Origin: Eledone cirrhosa
Taxonomy: Eukaryota
Direction of reading: 5' to 3'
Assembly (NCBI GenBank): GCA_964016885.1
Contig: OZ024742.1
Span: forward strand, 76,074,001-76,138,000
Length of the DNA: 64,000 nt
The notes beneath the pieces were generated by a model, which searched no databases, had not been told where the DNA came from, and saw nothing but the letters and a program-made list of their open reading frames with translations. The position numbers and the translations under genes were made by a program. Below, piece after piece: positions 40,093-53,469 of this stretch (the first letter of the stretch is position 1; each line of letters starts with the position of its first letter).

Positions 40093-40125
<33 letters not shown>

Positions 40126-40147
40126 CTCTCTCTATATATATAGATAG

Positions 40148-40214
<67 letters not shown>

Positions 40215-42714
40215 CATACATATATGTATGTATATATTTATGTATATATATATATATATCTGTATGTGGGTGCATTGTGTGATTCTGTGTGTGTCTGTGA
40301 AGGTTTATGAATATATATACACACACATATATATATATATATAACTATATATATATAATGATAGGGTAAATATGTTCTTCTTTGTAAGTTGCTGGCTATA
40401 CATATTGTATGCCACTATGCCATTATGAACATATAATTATACATAATTATGCTTAGTTAATGTATTTCTGTCTATTAACACTTCCCTTGTGTTTTTATAT
40501 TACTCTAGTATTTTTTTGATCTTCCAAAATGAAATCTCACTAAGTGAGGGTAGGTCTATTGCATCAAAACCTTAACATATAGGCATATATGTATACATGT
40601 AATCACATAATGAGTGCGGATGGTAGGTGATGGCAGAGTTTCTTAACTTCATCATATCCAACTACCCAAAATGTTCTTCAGTTGTCACCAATAATTCATA
40701 CCCATAACCTATTCAGCATCTTTAGAAAGCGGAGGATTTTAATTTCAGTGTTCTGGAAACCACAGCAATATAATTACCAAATCACAAACCATAGTATTAA
40801 ATTAAGAATGGACACCTTTGATAACGATACAGTACATACACCCTATTGACGTGATACTGAAAACAACAGAAATGGTAACCGAACTTTTACATATTTCCAT
40901 TCCAAGTTATGGTAATGTGTATCATATTGTTGCATTCTTTGGTAATCTACTATCTAAAAAGTTTCGCAGACATTTGCAAATCATCACATATTTTACCGCC
41001 TAGAATTAGTCATTTTAGTGACTACCAGGATAGCTATTGCATTTCCGATTCATCAGAATAATTAACAAATATTAATAGATGTTTGCCTACAACACTATTG
41101 GGAGTAAATTATTTCATTCTTAGCAACAACAAATTCGTCTGATATATTTCATACAAGAATCCGCCACTAACAAACATTTCCTTTGTGCTTCACATACCTG
41201 ATTTCACTGTATCAATGATATAATCTCATTATATCTCATTATATCCCCATTGTGTTTGAGATTTGATAGAGCAGCCATGTGTATTTCACACAGTGTTGGG
41301 TGCATTTGAATGATAATTGATTGTGCGTCACACATACCGAAAGCATTTTACACTCTATTAAACATCCATATAAATACATCGTTTGTCAAATGTGTTTTCG
41401 AATGCTGTGATCAGTTAGGGTTATTCGAATGAACTTGCATTTGAATATTACTTAACCGAATAAACACACATTCTCTCTACTGGTAGACAGGAAACATTTA
41501 GCGTATTGCAACATATACATCAGAAACACTTCATGTCAGATACATAGAAAGGCTGTCAATAATGGTTTTACTCTAATTGTATTATTTGTTTCTCAAAGTA
41601 CTGCTGGAAAGTGGTAACACATGCATACCTGACTTATTGAACTCATGCAGTAACTGGTTTGTACAAAGGTCGTTGATATTTCTACAAAAAGTGAATTACA
41701 TTTGCCTGTCTTTCCTTGCTTGTCAGTTTGAAGCGACAGACAGACGAATGTGTGTCGCACACAAAATAAAGAAAAAGTAATCGCCTGCACATTAATATAT
41801 TCAGTTGAAATGAACATGGCAAAGAAAATTTAATGGAGACGTGAAATACGCATGGAGATTCTTGCAATAAAAATCAAGCTATATCGCAAAACTACAAGTA
41901 ACTTAAAAAACTACCTACCAAGATAGGTATAATTATATACACACATCCCCACCTATACTATGTATCACATGCACACCTTACTGTACGCTGAATAAATACA
42001 AAATTAACAACAGTTATTCCTCCTGAATTATGGAAGAAAAAAAAACAAAAATAAAAACAACAACGGTCTATTAAATAACACACAGGGTAATCCCCATAGT
42101 AACGAAGACGATCTTCTGCAAATAACGTTAACCATCTTTGTTTATAGTTGTCCGATGAAAATTCACGCATGTGGAATTGCATTCGAACGATCTAAGCCCC
42201 ATGCGGAATTGGAAACCAATGGTAGCAAATAATACTTGTTGAAGATATTATAATATATATCTATATCCATGCCGACTATATATGCTCACTCCACTTTTAC
42301 CTTCACTGCTCTGTATATACACACATACACACCGTTATATTAACATACTTTTTCTCATAGCTTCGTACTTACATGCACACACACTCTTTTACTCACACAT
42401 ATACACACACTTTTCTTCTTAGCGTCGTACGGATCTATAATAACACACACACACAACACACACACAAACGCGCAAAAGCACACGTTTACGCTCGTGCACA
42501 AGTATAGCTCCTTTTACAAAACGTTTTTTTTTTTCATTTCAGGTAGACGCGCTCCATCATCAGCTTTTCTAAAAAGTAATTCATACACAAAATGCCAGGA
42601 CCAGCAGTTTTGCAAAAGATGTCAACATGAATGGACCTGTTATTTTTATCTAAATACATTTTTTCAAATTCCATCCCGCCCGTCCCCTCAATCTATCTTA
42701 TTTCTCATTCTTCC

Positions 42715-42746
42715 TTCTGATGAAGGACTAGCGTCCGAAACGTTAA
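42715..42746 (+). ncRNA. Minimal hammerhead motif of PLE type
   Basis: tt-CTGATGA-a ggac tagc gtcc-GAAA-C-GTT-aa. Lies ~70 bp upstream of a TA/TG microsatellite. Stem I is very short. Confidence 0.6.
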
Positions 42747-42814
42747 TACCCTGTTCCTGCTATATCAAGCGTTAACCTAATATATACCTTCCATATACTC
42801 TGTTTAACTTTTAC

Positions 42815-42892
<78 letters not shown>

Positions 42893-43949
42893 ATGTGTGT
42901 GTTTTTGTGAGTATCATTAACGTATGTGTTAGTAAATCCGCAACAATTGTTGTATTCAGGATAGAGGTCTCTAAGAAATACCCCAGTGGGTTTGTTTACT
43001 CGGGAGTATAATTATAATCATGACGTACAAGTCAATAAGTTAGAAGTCACTTCATTTATTCATAATTGCTGCTATATACATGTGGGTGATAGCGGTTATG
43101 CAACAGTTATGCCTCATCCGATAGCTAGTGCTGAAAAGAAAAATACAGAAAAACATAAGTCGAAATAAAAATTACACCTGTTTTTTTTATTCATTGATAT
43201 GCCTTGGCTGATATTTGGTGTTACTTTCCTCAAAGTAACGGTGGCATATGTCTTAGAAAAAATAGCCTCACACTATCAACAGAAATGTTATAGAAGGCCA
43301 CTAACTTTTAGTCAGCGTTAAGTTCACCACGATGTCATCAAGCCATTGTGAATTACTTAGTGGCGCCATGGTTTGAGATTTGCCTTCAACTTGTTCAGGA
43401 CCCAGGTCAATCAATGGCTTCTTTAGCAGCAGGGGCTGACCTTTTAGATATGGTGATGTATCAGATGGAATTGCTTTCAGCAGCAACAATAATAGGCTGC
43501 GGCGATGATACCTCAGGAGTTGCACTTGTTCCCAGTGACCGAGGTAGTAGTAGTGGCATTAATGATAATATAATTGTTTGTACTTTTGGCACAAGGCCAG
43601 CAATTATTCCAGTGCATTACTGGTACTATATCTTATCGACCCCGTAAGGATGAACGGCAAAGTTAACCTCGGCGGGATTTGAACACAAACCGTAAAGGGC
43701 GGTACTGTATGCTGCAAAGCATGTTGTTCGACGCTCTACCGATACTGCCAATCCACGGCCCTAGTGATAATATAATAACATAATATAATGTATGTAGGTT
43801 GGAGATGTATGACCATTAAGTAAAGAGGGAATGCGCACAAACGTAAAGTAAATGGTACAGAAGTAGAAACAAAGGGCAGAGAAAGAAAAATAAAACAGGA
43901 AGGACAATGATGTGGTATTTGAGAAAATTACGAAGATTAAAATTTACTA

Positions 43950-44420
43950 ATGCCTGACATGTGTCATACATTTCATAGTCGTACAGAGATATAGAATATA
44001 CTAAGAAACATATAGGAATTATATTTCCAAGGAGGAATCGAGGAAATGGGGGAACTCCAAAGAAAAAAGTTATTGAGCCAAGGTATGATTTCTGCCGCGA
44101 TGTTAGTGTGCCTCTGGGGTGTGTTCAGAGACAAAAGGTGATAACAAATCTCGGCTGGATTGGTTCATATGGAAGCCTCGTAGGCAGGGTAACTACCCAT
44201 ATAGTTGGTGGAAAATTCCCGTCCGTAGGTTTCGACAAGAACCAAAGAAAACGACCCTTTGATTGTTTGCTTGTATTCCTCCACTGAGTATCTCGAACGT
44301 ATCATTCAGATCGAGGATGCAAATGCCTGATCCGCCTCTGTCTGGGGGTACCGCCCTTACATTGGACCGGACCAAAGAGTATGGGGTCCTGTCCAACAAA
44401 AAGGTGACGTGGTTGCCTAA
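43950..44420 (-). pseudogene. Possible degenerate PLE RT N-terminal fragment
   Basis: VPPDRGGSGICILDLNDT resembles the PLE ADKG…VIL(D/N) motif, followed by …LYG. Weak. Confidence 0.35.
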
Positions 44421-44761
44421 ACACTGTACTGCGTAATTCGGGCTGTTTGTTTATTTACTAACAAACAAACCGAGCATTATAATAAATGTTCGGTAAACCG
44501 ATACGTGCATATATATATGTGTGCATGTATGTGCATATATACATACTACTGTACGTCTGTATACATATATGTATGTACATATACATACATACATACTTAC
44601 ATTTAGGTAAGTGCCGTACTAAGAGTGATAAATGAAATTTCGTTTCATTCTATTCCATATATATACCGTATTTCTCGGTGCCAAAGACGTTTCGTCCTAG
44701 AGGAAGCACCCAGATTTTGACATCTAAAAATTAGAAAAAAAGTAATAAACAAGCTTCGACC

Positions 44762-44792
<31 letters not shown>

Positions 44793-44807
44793 CACACACA
44801 CACACAA

Positions 44808-44850
<43 letters not shown>

Positions 44851-44857
<7 letters not shown>

Positions 44858-45681
44858 TATTTTCCGTTGTGTTGTAATATAAATATTACACACAGTAGAT
44901 TATCAGCTCACGTAGAGTTTGCTCGACGGTTCCAGTTGTAGTTCCAGAGGTAATCCGGAGAAAAATAGAAAGATTTGAATGGATACAGTTTAGTTGAAAG
45001 GAATTTATTGACACGTGTTTCTATAACAGTTACATAACCTAAAACAGCTATCTACAAACTTTTAGTTATGCAGACATTCAATATTTCAATGTTATTATTT
45101 ACTGTCATTTCATCAGAATAATATTACTGAGGACCTATTTAGTTTTTATAGAGAATATTAGGAGGGAGGGGTGAAGTTGTTAGAAGAATAGTTGAAGGAG
45201 TGGTTTTTCGATAGTAGTGAGAATTCTTGGTGGCAGTGAGTAATTAGATTCCCATCTGTTGTTTTGACATTTTTTATAGAATATATTATTGGTTATTTTT
45301 CTAAATCTATAGAAGGATTAGAGATAGTAAAGATATGCGTGGTTGGTTTTGTGTTTGCACTTAATTAACATTCAGACTTAAATTTTTCTTTCGAGTGTAC
45401 GTATCCTTTCACCCACGCATTCACACAAATATATTTGCACACCTCTACAAAATACATATACTCACAATTCACATATTCATACTTACATATATATACACAT
45501 GCATACACATATATATACACACATGTATTCATGTACATACATACGCGCTCATGTGTATACATTTTCATACTCAACTTATCTTTATATACACACGTATAGA
45601 CACACACATATATACATACATACTCTAGTCCATGTGTACACACATACACATACATACACATCCATATACACATATATACAT

Positions 45682-45746
<65 letters not shown>

Positions 45747-48700
45747 CATATACATACATACATACATATACATATACACATACATACATATATATATATA
45801 TATAAGCACTTTAATACATGAATACACTTACATCTAACTATACACATCAAACATATATATATATTTTTATTTTTACTTATTTATATACATTTTCACATAT
45901 ATATACATACTTATGGACGTTTTTAGACACATTCATTATCGCATATTTGTACCTATTCTCATCAGCATATCTTTTCATTATTAGTATGGTAATTTAAGGT
46001 TATTAATATATGTTGAGAAGAGATTGTTTTTATATTTTTCTAACTAGATTAAGGTTTATATAGTTGGGGGATGTCCCTCTTTTATGTAATATTCGGCTTG
46101 TAGTGGGAAAAAAGGGTTTTAGTTCTGTGACGGCAGAATAATGTTCGTTCAATTCTGTTATTCAGCAGTTTCTTCTTGTGTGTGATTATGTAATGAATCT
46201 CAAGATTACACAATTTGCAGAAATTTTGGCTCCTGGAAAAGCTTTGGGTTTTAGCTAATTTTTCCCATTTTAGGGTAAACTTTTGGTCGCTATCCCTGAG
46301 CGTTCAAGCTTTTTCTGCTAAAGTTGTTACATTTCTTTGGCTCTGGTGTTTTATTGAGTAAGAATGCCTATACAATCGAGATTTAAACGATGTTGCCGTT
46401 GATCCCACGTAATACCACTCGTTGCCTCCGGATTTAATGGTACACTTATAAATAATATTTTTTTCCAGGCAGTTATTGCCGAGGGGGCAGTTGTCAGGAT
46501 AGGTGCAGTTACAGTTGTGTACGTTGGGTTTTCTCTGGAGTAGTATTGCGGACGAACTTAGGTGTGGTTTATTTATGTTCTGTAGTGTATTGTCTACTGT
46601 TTTTTTTTGTGTTCTTTGTACTTAAGTTCTTAGTGTTTTCGTTTAACCTTCTAGTATTGATCTTTTTTATGTGTTGTTCAAGGTTTAACGCTGTAGAGTA
46701 TGACAGTCTTATAGTGGTAGGGTTTAGGATTTTGTGGTATTTGTGTGATGTGGCAAAATGTCTTTTAATTATTTTAAAGAAGAGTACTGGTAAATTTGTA
46801 CTAATGGAGCTATTGTATTCGGGGTTATACCATAAGTACTCTTTGCATCGCTTTCTATTAGTTTTGTTTGTTGGTTTACTGGTGTGCATACTATGGTAGT
46901 AAGTGTGGTTTGGTGTTGTGTTATTATATCTACCTATGTGGGATTTATTTTGTGTGTTTTGATTGTTCCCATCTATGTACTCTATTTTGTTGAGGTAGCC
47001 TGCTTTACTAAGGGCGTTATCGTAGTACTCGGCGTGTTCCTTAAATACTTGTATGTTAGAAGATAGACCCGAGATTCTAAGGGAAATATTTTTAGGGATA
47101 GATTTAATTATAGAGATGTGGTGGTTAGACCCAACATTTACGTATTTGAGATTTTCATTCAATTTATGAAACGGTTTAATCAAACCAGAGTTTAAATTGA
47201 GTGTGACATCCAGGAAGTTAACTACTTTAAGGTTGTATTCATATGTTATAGTTAGTCCTATTTCGAGTAGTAGTTTTCTTATATCTTTGCGTAGTTTTTC
47301 TAGTTTTTGGTTATTAAGGTTTTTAGCTAGGAGGAGAACATCGTCGCGGTATATTCCGCCGTGGAGATTGCTGAATTTTTCCTGGAGTCTAAAGGCGATA
47401 AATAACCCCACAATATCAGTTATTTCCGCCGAATCGTTAGAGCCCATTGTTATGTCAAAGTTAGAGGGTCTATCTTACGTACCCAATAACTGTTCTCAAA
47501 TTTGACTATAGTTTTCCTAGCTTCTAATATAATCTTAATTTCATCGTTTGTAAGGTCAGAGTTATCCTTAGCAAACTTAATGGCTCTATTCAAAGTTTCA
47601 GGTGATATCGATGAGTAATATTCATCGATATCAAACTGGATAAACTTAGATTTATTCTTATTGCTAATGCTATTAAACCATCTTATTGCTTCTTGGGTCT
47701 TCCCCCAGAGTTTAATGTTAACCTTAGCCTTAATTTGGGGGATGATTCTATCTAAGATATATTTGCTTATTTTACCTATATCTGATTTAGAGGGGCAGAT
47801 TAATCTAATTTTAGGGTCATTATCAAAGTTTACCTTGTGGTCCTTAAGATTGAAGGTGGGTACCGCCGGTAAGAGTGGTCCTGTCCTATCTTCGATTCCG
47901 AGATTTTTCACTATTTCGCATGCCTCATCATTGATGTGCTTAAGGGTTACTTCACTCGTTTTTCTATATTTTTTATGTAATTCTTTTCGAATGAAGTTGT
48001 TGTATGTAGTGCAATCCATAGTGTACAGGTTTGATATTTTGTCCGCTTTTACTACAATTCCTTTGGTGTTTTTAAGGTCGTCCAGTAGTTTTTTTATATC
48101 TTTCTGTAATTTGTTGTTGGTGTTGTGTCCTTTGAATTTAATTTTAAGGATTAAGTTCATAAGGTCCTGCTCAAATGCATCTAATAGTGGGTTGGTGGGT
48201 GGGTTTTTACAAGTCCTAAAACCGAATTTGTTGTTTACACCACTTTCTAATGTTGAGTTCATACGGCTTCTATCATAGTGGAGCGTTTTCCACCTGACAC
48301 GTCGAATGAATTCATTAGTTTTTTGAATCATGCTCAATAAATATTCCTTTCTACCTTGGGTTGGTATGTTTTTGAGTGACATATCCAGGTAGTGTTTTTC
48401 CATTGTTGTGGTTGCGTTTGCTGTGTGGGTTGCTCGACTTTACAGGAGGTAAATATACAGTATTTTCCGTTGTGTTGTAATATAAATATTACACACAGTA
48501 GATTATCAGCTCACGTAGAGTTTGCTCGACGGTTCCAGTTGTAGTTCCAGAGGTAATCCGGAGAAAAATAGAAAGATTTGAATGGATACAGTTTAGTTGA
48601 AAGGAATTTATTGACACGTGTTTCTATAACAGTTACATAACCTAAAACAGCTATCTACAAACTTTTAGTTATGCAGACATTCAATATTTCAATGTTATTA

Positions 48701-48873
48701 TTTACTGTCATTTCATCAGAATAATATTACTGAGGACCTATTTAGTTTTTATAGAGAATATTAGGAGGGAGGGGTGAAGTTGTTAGAAGAATAGTTGAAG
48801 GAGTGGTTTTTCGATAGCAGTGAGAATTCTTGGTGGCAGTGAGTAATTAGATTCCCATCTGTTGTTTTGACAT
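44851..48873 (-). mobile_element. Full-length PLE (Naiad-like) with 420-bp direct pseudo-LTR repeats
   Basis: Direct repeats at 44851-45270 and 48454-48873 (offset 3603). Coding region runs 48403 to 46082, broken by 1-bp frameshifts near 47476 and 46600 and a TGA at 46304-46306. N-terminus SLKNIP…IRRVRWK. HHR in each repeat (45005-45121 and 48608-48724). Confidence 0.95.
46082..48403 (-). pseudogene. PLE RT + GIY-YIG endonuclease, frameshifted
   Basis: ORFs 47450-48403 and 46569-47447 plus the GIY-YIG tail. Motifs KADK, QFDIDEYYSSI, TMGSNDSAE, GIYRDD, VNFLDV. Confidence 0.93.
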
Positions 48874-50795
48874 ACAACAACTTCATTCGAAAAGAATTAC
48901 ATAAAAAATATAGAAAAACGAGTGAAGTAACCCTTAAGCACATCAATGATGAGGCATGCGAAATAGTGAAAAATCTCGGAATCGAAGATAGGACAGGACC
49001 ACTCTTACCGGCGGTACCCACCTTCAATCTTAAGGACCACAAGGTAAACTTTGATAATGACCCTAAAATTAGATTAATCTGCCCCTCTAAATCAGATATA
49101 GGTAAAATAAGCAAATATATCTTAGATAGAATCATCCCTCAAATTAAGGCTAAGGTTAACATTAAACTCTGGGGGAAGACCCAAGAAGCAATAAGATGGT
49201 TTAATAGCATTAGCAATAAGAATAAATCTAAGTTTATCCAGTTTGATATCGATGAATATTACTCATCGATATCACCTGAAACTTTGAATAGAGCCATTAA
49301 GTTTGCTAAGGATAACTCTGACCTTACAAACGATGAAATTAAGATTATATTAGAAGCTAGGAAAACTATAGTCAAATTTGATAACAGTTATTGGGTACGT
49401 AAAGATAGACCCTCTAACTTTGACATAACAATGGGCTCTAACGATTCGGCGGAAATAACTGATATTGTGGGGTTATTTATCGCCTTTAGACTCCAGGAAA
49501 AATTCAGCAATCTCCACGGCGGAATATACCGCGACGATGTTCTCCTCCTAGCTAAAAACCTTAATAACCAAAAACTAGAAAAACTACGCAAAGATATAAG
49601 AAAACTACTACTCGAAATAGGACTAACTATAACATATGAATACAACCTTAAAGTAGTTAACTTCCTGGATGCCACACTCAATTTAAACTCTGGTTTGATT
49701 AAACCGTTTCATAAATTGAATGAAAATCTCAAATACCTAAATGTTGGGTCTAACCACCCCATCTCTATAATTAAATCTATCCCTAAAAATATTTCCCTTA
49801 GAATCTCGGGTCTATCTTCTAACATACAAGTATTTAAGGAACACGCCGAGTACTACGATAACGCCCTTAGTAAAGCAGGCTACCTCAACAAAATAGAGTA
49901 CATAGATGGGAACAATCAAAACACACAAAATAAATCCCACATAGGTAGATATAATAACACAACACCAAACCACACTTACTACCATAGTATGCACACCAGT
50001 AAACCAACAAACAAAACTAATAGAAAGCGATGCAAAGAGTACTTATGGTATAACCCCGAATACAATAGCTCCATTAGTACAAATTTACCAGTACTCTTCT
50101 TTAAAATAATTAAAAGACATTTTCCCACATCACACACATACCACAAAATCCTAAACCCTACCACTATAAGACTGTCATACTCTACAGCGTTAAACCTTGA
50201 ACAACACATAAAGAAGATCAATACTAGAAGGTTAAACGAAAACACTAAGAACTTAAGTACAAAGAACACAAAAAAAACAGTAGACAATACACTACAGAAC
50301 ATAAATAAACCACACCTAAGTTCGTCCGCAATACTACTCCAGAGAAAACCCAACGTACACAACTGTAACTGCACCTATCCTGACAACTGCCCCCTCGGCA
50401 ATAACTGCCTGGAAAAAAATATTATTTATAAGTGTACCATTAAATCCGGAGGCAACGAGTGGTATTACGTGGGATCAACGGCAACATCGTTTAAATCTCG
50501 ATTGTATAGGCATTCTTACTCAATAAAACACCAGAGCCAAAGAAATGTAACAACTTTAGCAGAAAAAGCTTGAACGCTCAGGGATAGCGACCAAAAGTTT
50601 ACCCTAAAATGGGAAAAATTAGCTAAAACCCAAAGCTTTTCCAGGAGCCAAAATTTCTGCAAATTGTGTAATCTTGAGATTCATTACATAATCACACACA
50701 AGAAGAAACTGCTGAATAACAGAATTGAACGAACATTATTCTGCCGTCACAGAACTAAAACCCTTTTTTCCCACTACAAGCCGAATATTACATAA
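48870..50795 (+). CDS. PLE RT + GIY-YIG reading frame (5'-truncated; in-frame TGA at 50571-50573, then 73 more codons)
   Basis: ORF 48867-50573 (568 aa) with GIYRDD and CNCTYPDNCPLGNNCL…IIYKC…YVGSTATSFKSR. The frame continues TLRDSDQKFTLKW…CKLCNLE…LLNNRIE…CRHR to TAA at 50793. Confidence 0.85.
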
Positions 50796-51072
50796 AAGAG
50801 GGACATCCCCCAACTATATAAACCTTAATCTAGTTAGAAAAATATAAAAACAATCTCTTCTCAACATATATTAATAACCTTAAATTACCATACTAATAAT
50901 GAAAAGATATGCTGATGAGAATAGGTACAAATATGCGATAATGAATGTGTCTAAAAACGTCCATAAGTATGTATATATATGTGAAAATGTATATAAATAA
51001 GTAAAAATAAAAATATATATATATGTTTGATGTGTATAGTTAGATGTAAGTGTATTCATGTATTAAAGTGCT

Positions 51073-51103
<31 letters not shown>

Positions 51104-51128
51104 GTATATGTATATGTATGTATGTATG

Positions 51129-51193
<65 letters not shown>

Positions 51194-51757
51194 GTGTATG
51201 TATATATGTGTATATGGATGTGTATGTATGTGTATGTGTGTACACATGGACTAGAGTATGTATGTATATATGTGTGTGTCTATACGTGTGTATATAATGA
51301 TAAGTTGAGTATGAAAATGTATACACATGAGCGCGTATGTATGTACATGAATACATGTGTGTATATATAGGTGTATGCATGTGTATATATATGTAAGTAT
51401 GAATATGTGAATTGTGAGTATATGAATTTTGTAGAGGTGTGCAAATATATTTGTGTGAATGCGTGGGTGAAAGGATACGTACACTCGAAAGGAAAATTTA
51501 AGTCTGAATGTTAATTAAGTGCAAACACAAAACCAACCACGCATATCTTTACTATCTCTAATCCTTCTATAGATTTAGAAAAATAACCAATAATATATTC
51601 TATAAAAAATGTCAAAACAACAGATGGGAATCTAATTACTCACTGCCACCAAGAATTCTCACTGCTATCGAAAAACCACTCCTTCAACTATTCTTCTAAC
51701 AACTTCACCCCTCCCTCCTAATATTCTCTATAAAAACTAAATAGGTCCTCAGTAATA

Positions 51758-51874
51758 TTATTCTGATGAAATGACAGTAAATAATAACATTGAAATATTG
51801 AATGTCTGCATAACTAAAAGTTTCTAGATAGCTGTTTTAGGTTATGTAACTGTTATAGAAACACGTGTCAATAA
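51758..51874 (+). ncRNA. Type I hammerhead ribozyme of the PLE pseudo-LTR, with long stem II insertion
   Basis: ttatt-CTGATGA-a atgacag…(~70 nt)…ctgttat a-GAAA-C-ACGT-GTC-aataa. Palindromic ACACGTGT stem III and GUC triplet. Confidence 0.75.
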
Positions 51875-51908
51875 ATTCCTTTCAACTAAACTGTATCCAT
51901 TCAAATCT

Positions 51909-51963
<55 letters not shown>

Positions 51964-53095
51964 TTAAAACTAACTCTATCTGATGTCGATTGACTGTTTG
52001 AGTAGTTTAGATATGGTTATATATTTTTCTGGGAGGTTAAATGGAAAGAAGTGTGTAGGAAGGCTGTTTCTAAATGTTTCCCTTTTTTCTGAAAAGGTTA
52101 TGAAGCTGAAAGAACACCGTGGTTTCTATTTTACAGTTACGCACAACTATGCGAGTGGCACTCATGTACAGATTTCCGGGCAGCCCTCCAATTTGCGGCG
52201 TTTAGCATTCAAAAGCATTAAGTCAGACACACACTCTCTCTCTCTCACAGACATACACACACACACACACACATACACACACATACACACATACACACAC
52301 ACATACACACACATACACACACAAACACACAAATACACTCATAGACACGCATTCTTATACTCACACATACACAAACATACACAGACAATGTTTAATATTT
52401 TGCTAGAAGATTCCGGTAAAAGGAGACAATTTTATAAAAGTTTGCTAACTTGGTGTTAGGAAATATCGACAGGCAATTCTAGTTTCTAAGAACTGATTCG
52501 AATGTTGAGAGGAATTTTATTTATTATTTCAATGGAAATATACTTCGAGATTTCCCTAGGTAATGCTGTATCGTGTAGTTAAGAGGTGTGATTTACTGTT
52601 TCTCTGCGTACTTGTAATATACTACGTTCAAATGACGATAGCAGTTTACCGAGTAATCTCAATAGGCGCAGCAATAAACAACTTTAATTATGTGATTCTG
52701 AAAGCTAAAAGACCTACACATTAATTACGTAATAGGTGTGATGTGGTTGTATTTAGTAAGCAATTTCGTTTATGTAATTGATGTTTTCTAATTCTAGTTG
52801 TACTGTGAGACAAGTAAGTAAAATTTACAGCTTTTATTTTAATTAAATTGCAGAAGCATATCCTAAATTGTATCAAGGCTTGACAAGTAGTACACTAAAA
52901 AGTTGCGTTGTAGACATATATGAGATGACGAAAGACAATAGTCAGAAAATATTGGACGAATAGTTACCAACATAAAATGTAATCCTCATTTTCTATGTGT
53001 ATTAAGTTTAGTATGTAAAAAGATGAAAGCATCGAATGTATACCTACTATGTGATACATCAATCAACCCATTATGTCACACTTACTCACACACAT

Positions 53096-53178
<83 letters not shown>

Positions 53179-53469
53179 TGTGTGTGTGTGTGTGTGTGTG
53201 CGCGTTTATGTGTGTGTATCTATCTATACACTTATACTCTCAAACCTGCACATCCCTTTCCTTGTCCTTCACGAAACACAGATCTATCAACAAATAACTG
53301 CCATTTGAGTCTGTATGTTTGCCTGTGTCCGTATGCCTGTCCTGCATTTACCGATTTTTTTTTCTACTTGCCGAGGCACTTCTCTTTATTTTCTACTATT
53401 ATTTTTTCCTGCTACTTTGATGGTTCCTTTTCCTACAGACACTATTGAATTATCCTAACAACTTCACTG

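Larger units (their letters stand above)
48870..51914 (+). mobile_element. 5'-truncated inverted copy of the same PLE
   Basis: Reverse complement of 44965-48007 with only scattered differences. Joined through ACAT microhomology at 48870-48873. Ends in (TA)n. Confidence 0.95.

Noticed and set aside
40600-41450. Possible eroded C2H2 zinc-finger or other coding remnant
   Set aside because: No clear CxxC…HxxxH periodicity and no open frame.
47661-48278. 205-aa + strand ORF and other ORFs antisense to PLE, LINE and Gypsy coding regions
   Set aside because: Shadow frames of the TE ORFs, with no recognisable motifs.
50571-50573. Selenocysteine codon
   Set aside because: The position corresponds to a usually conserved Trp, not Cys. 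No SECIS could be recognised by eye.
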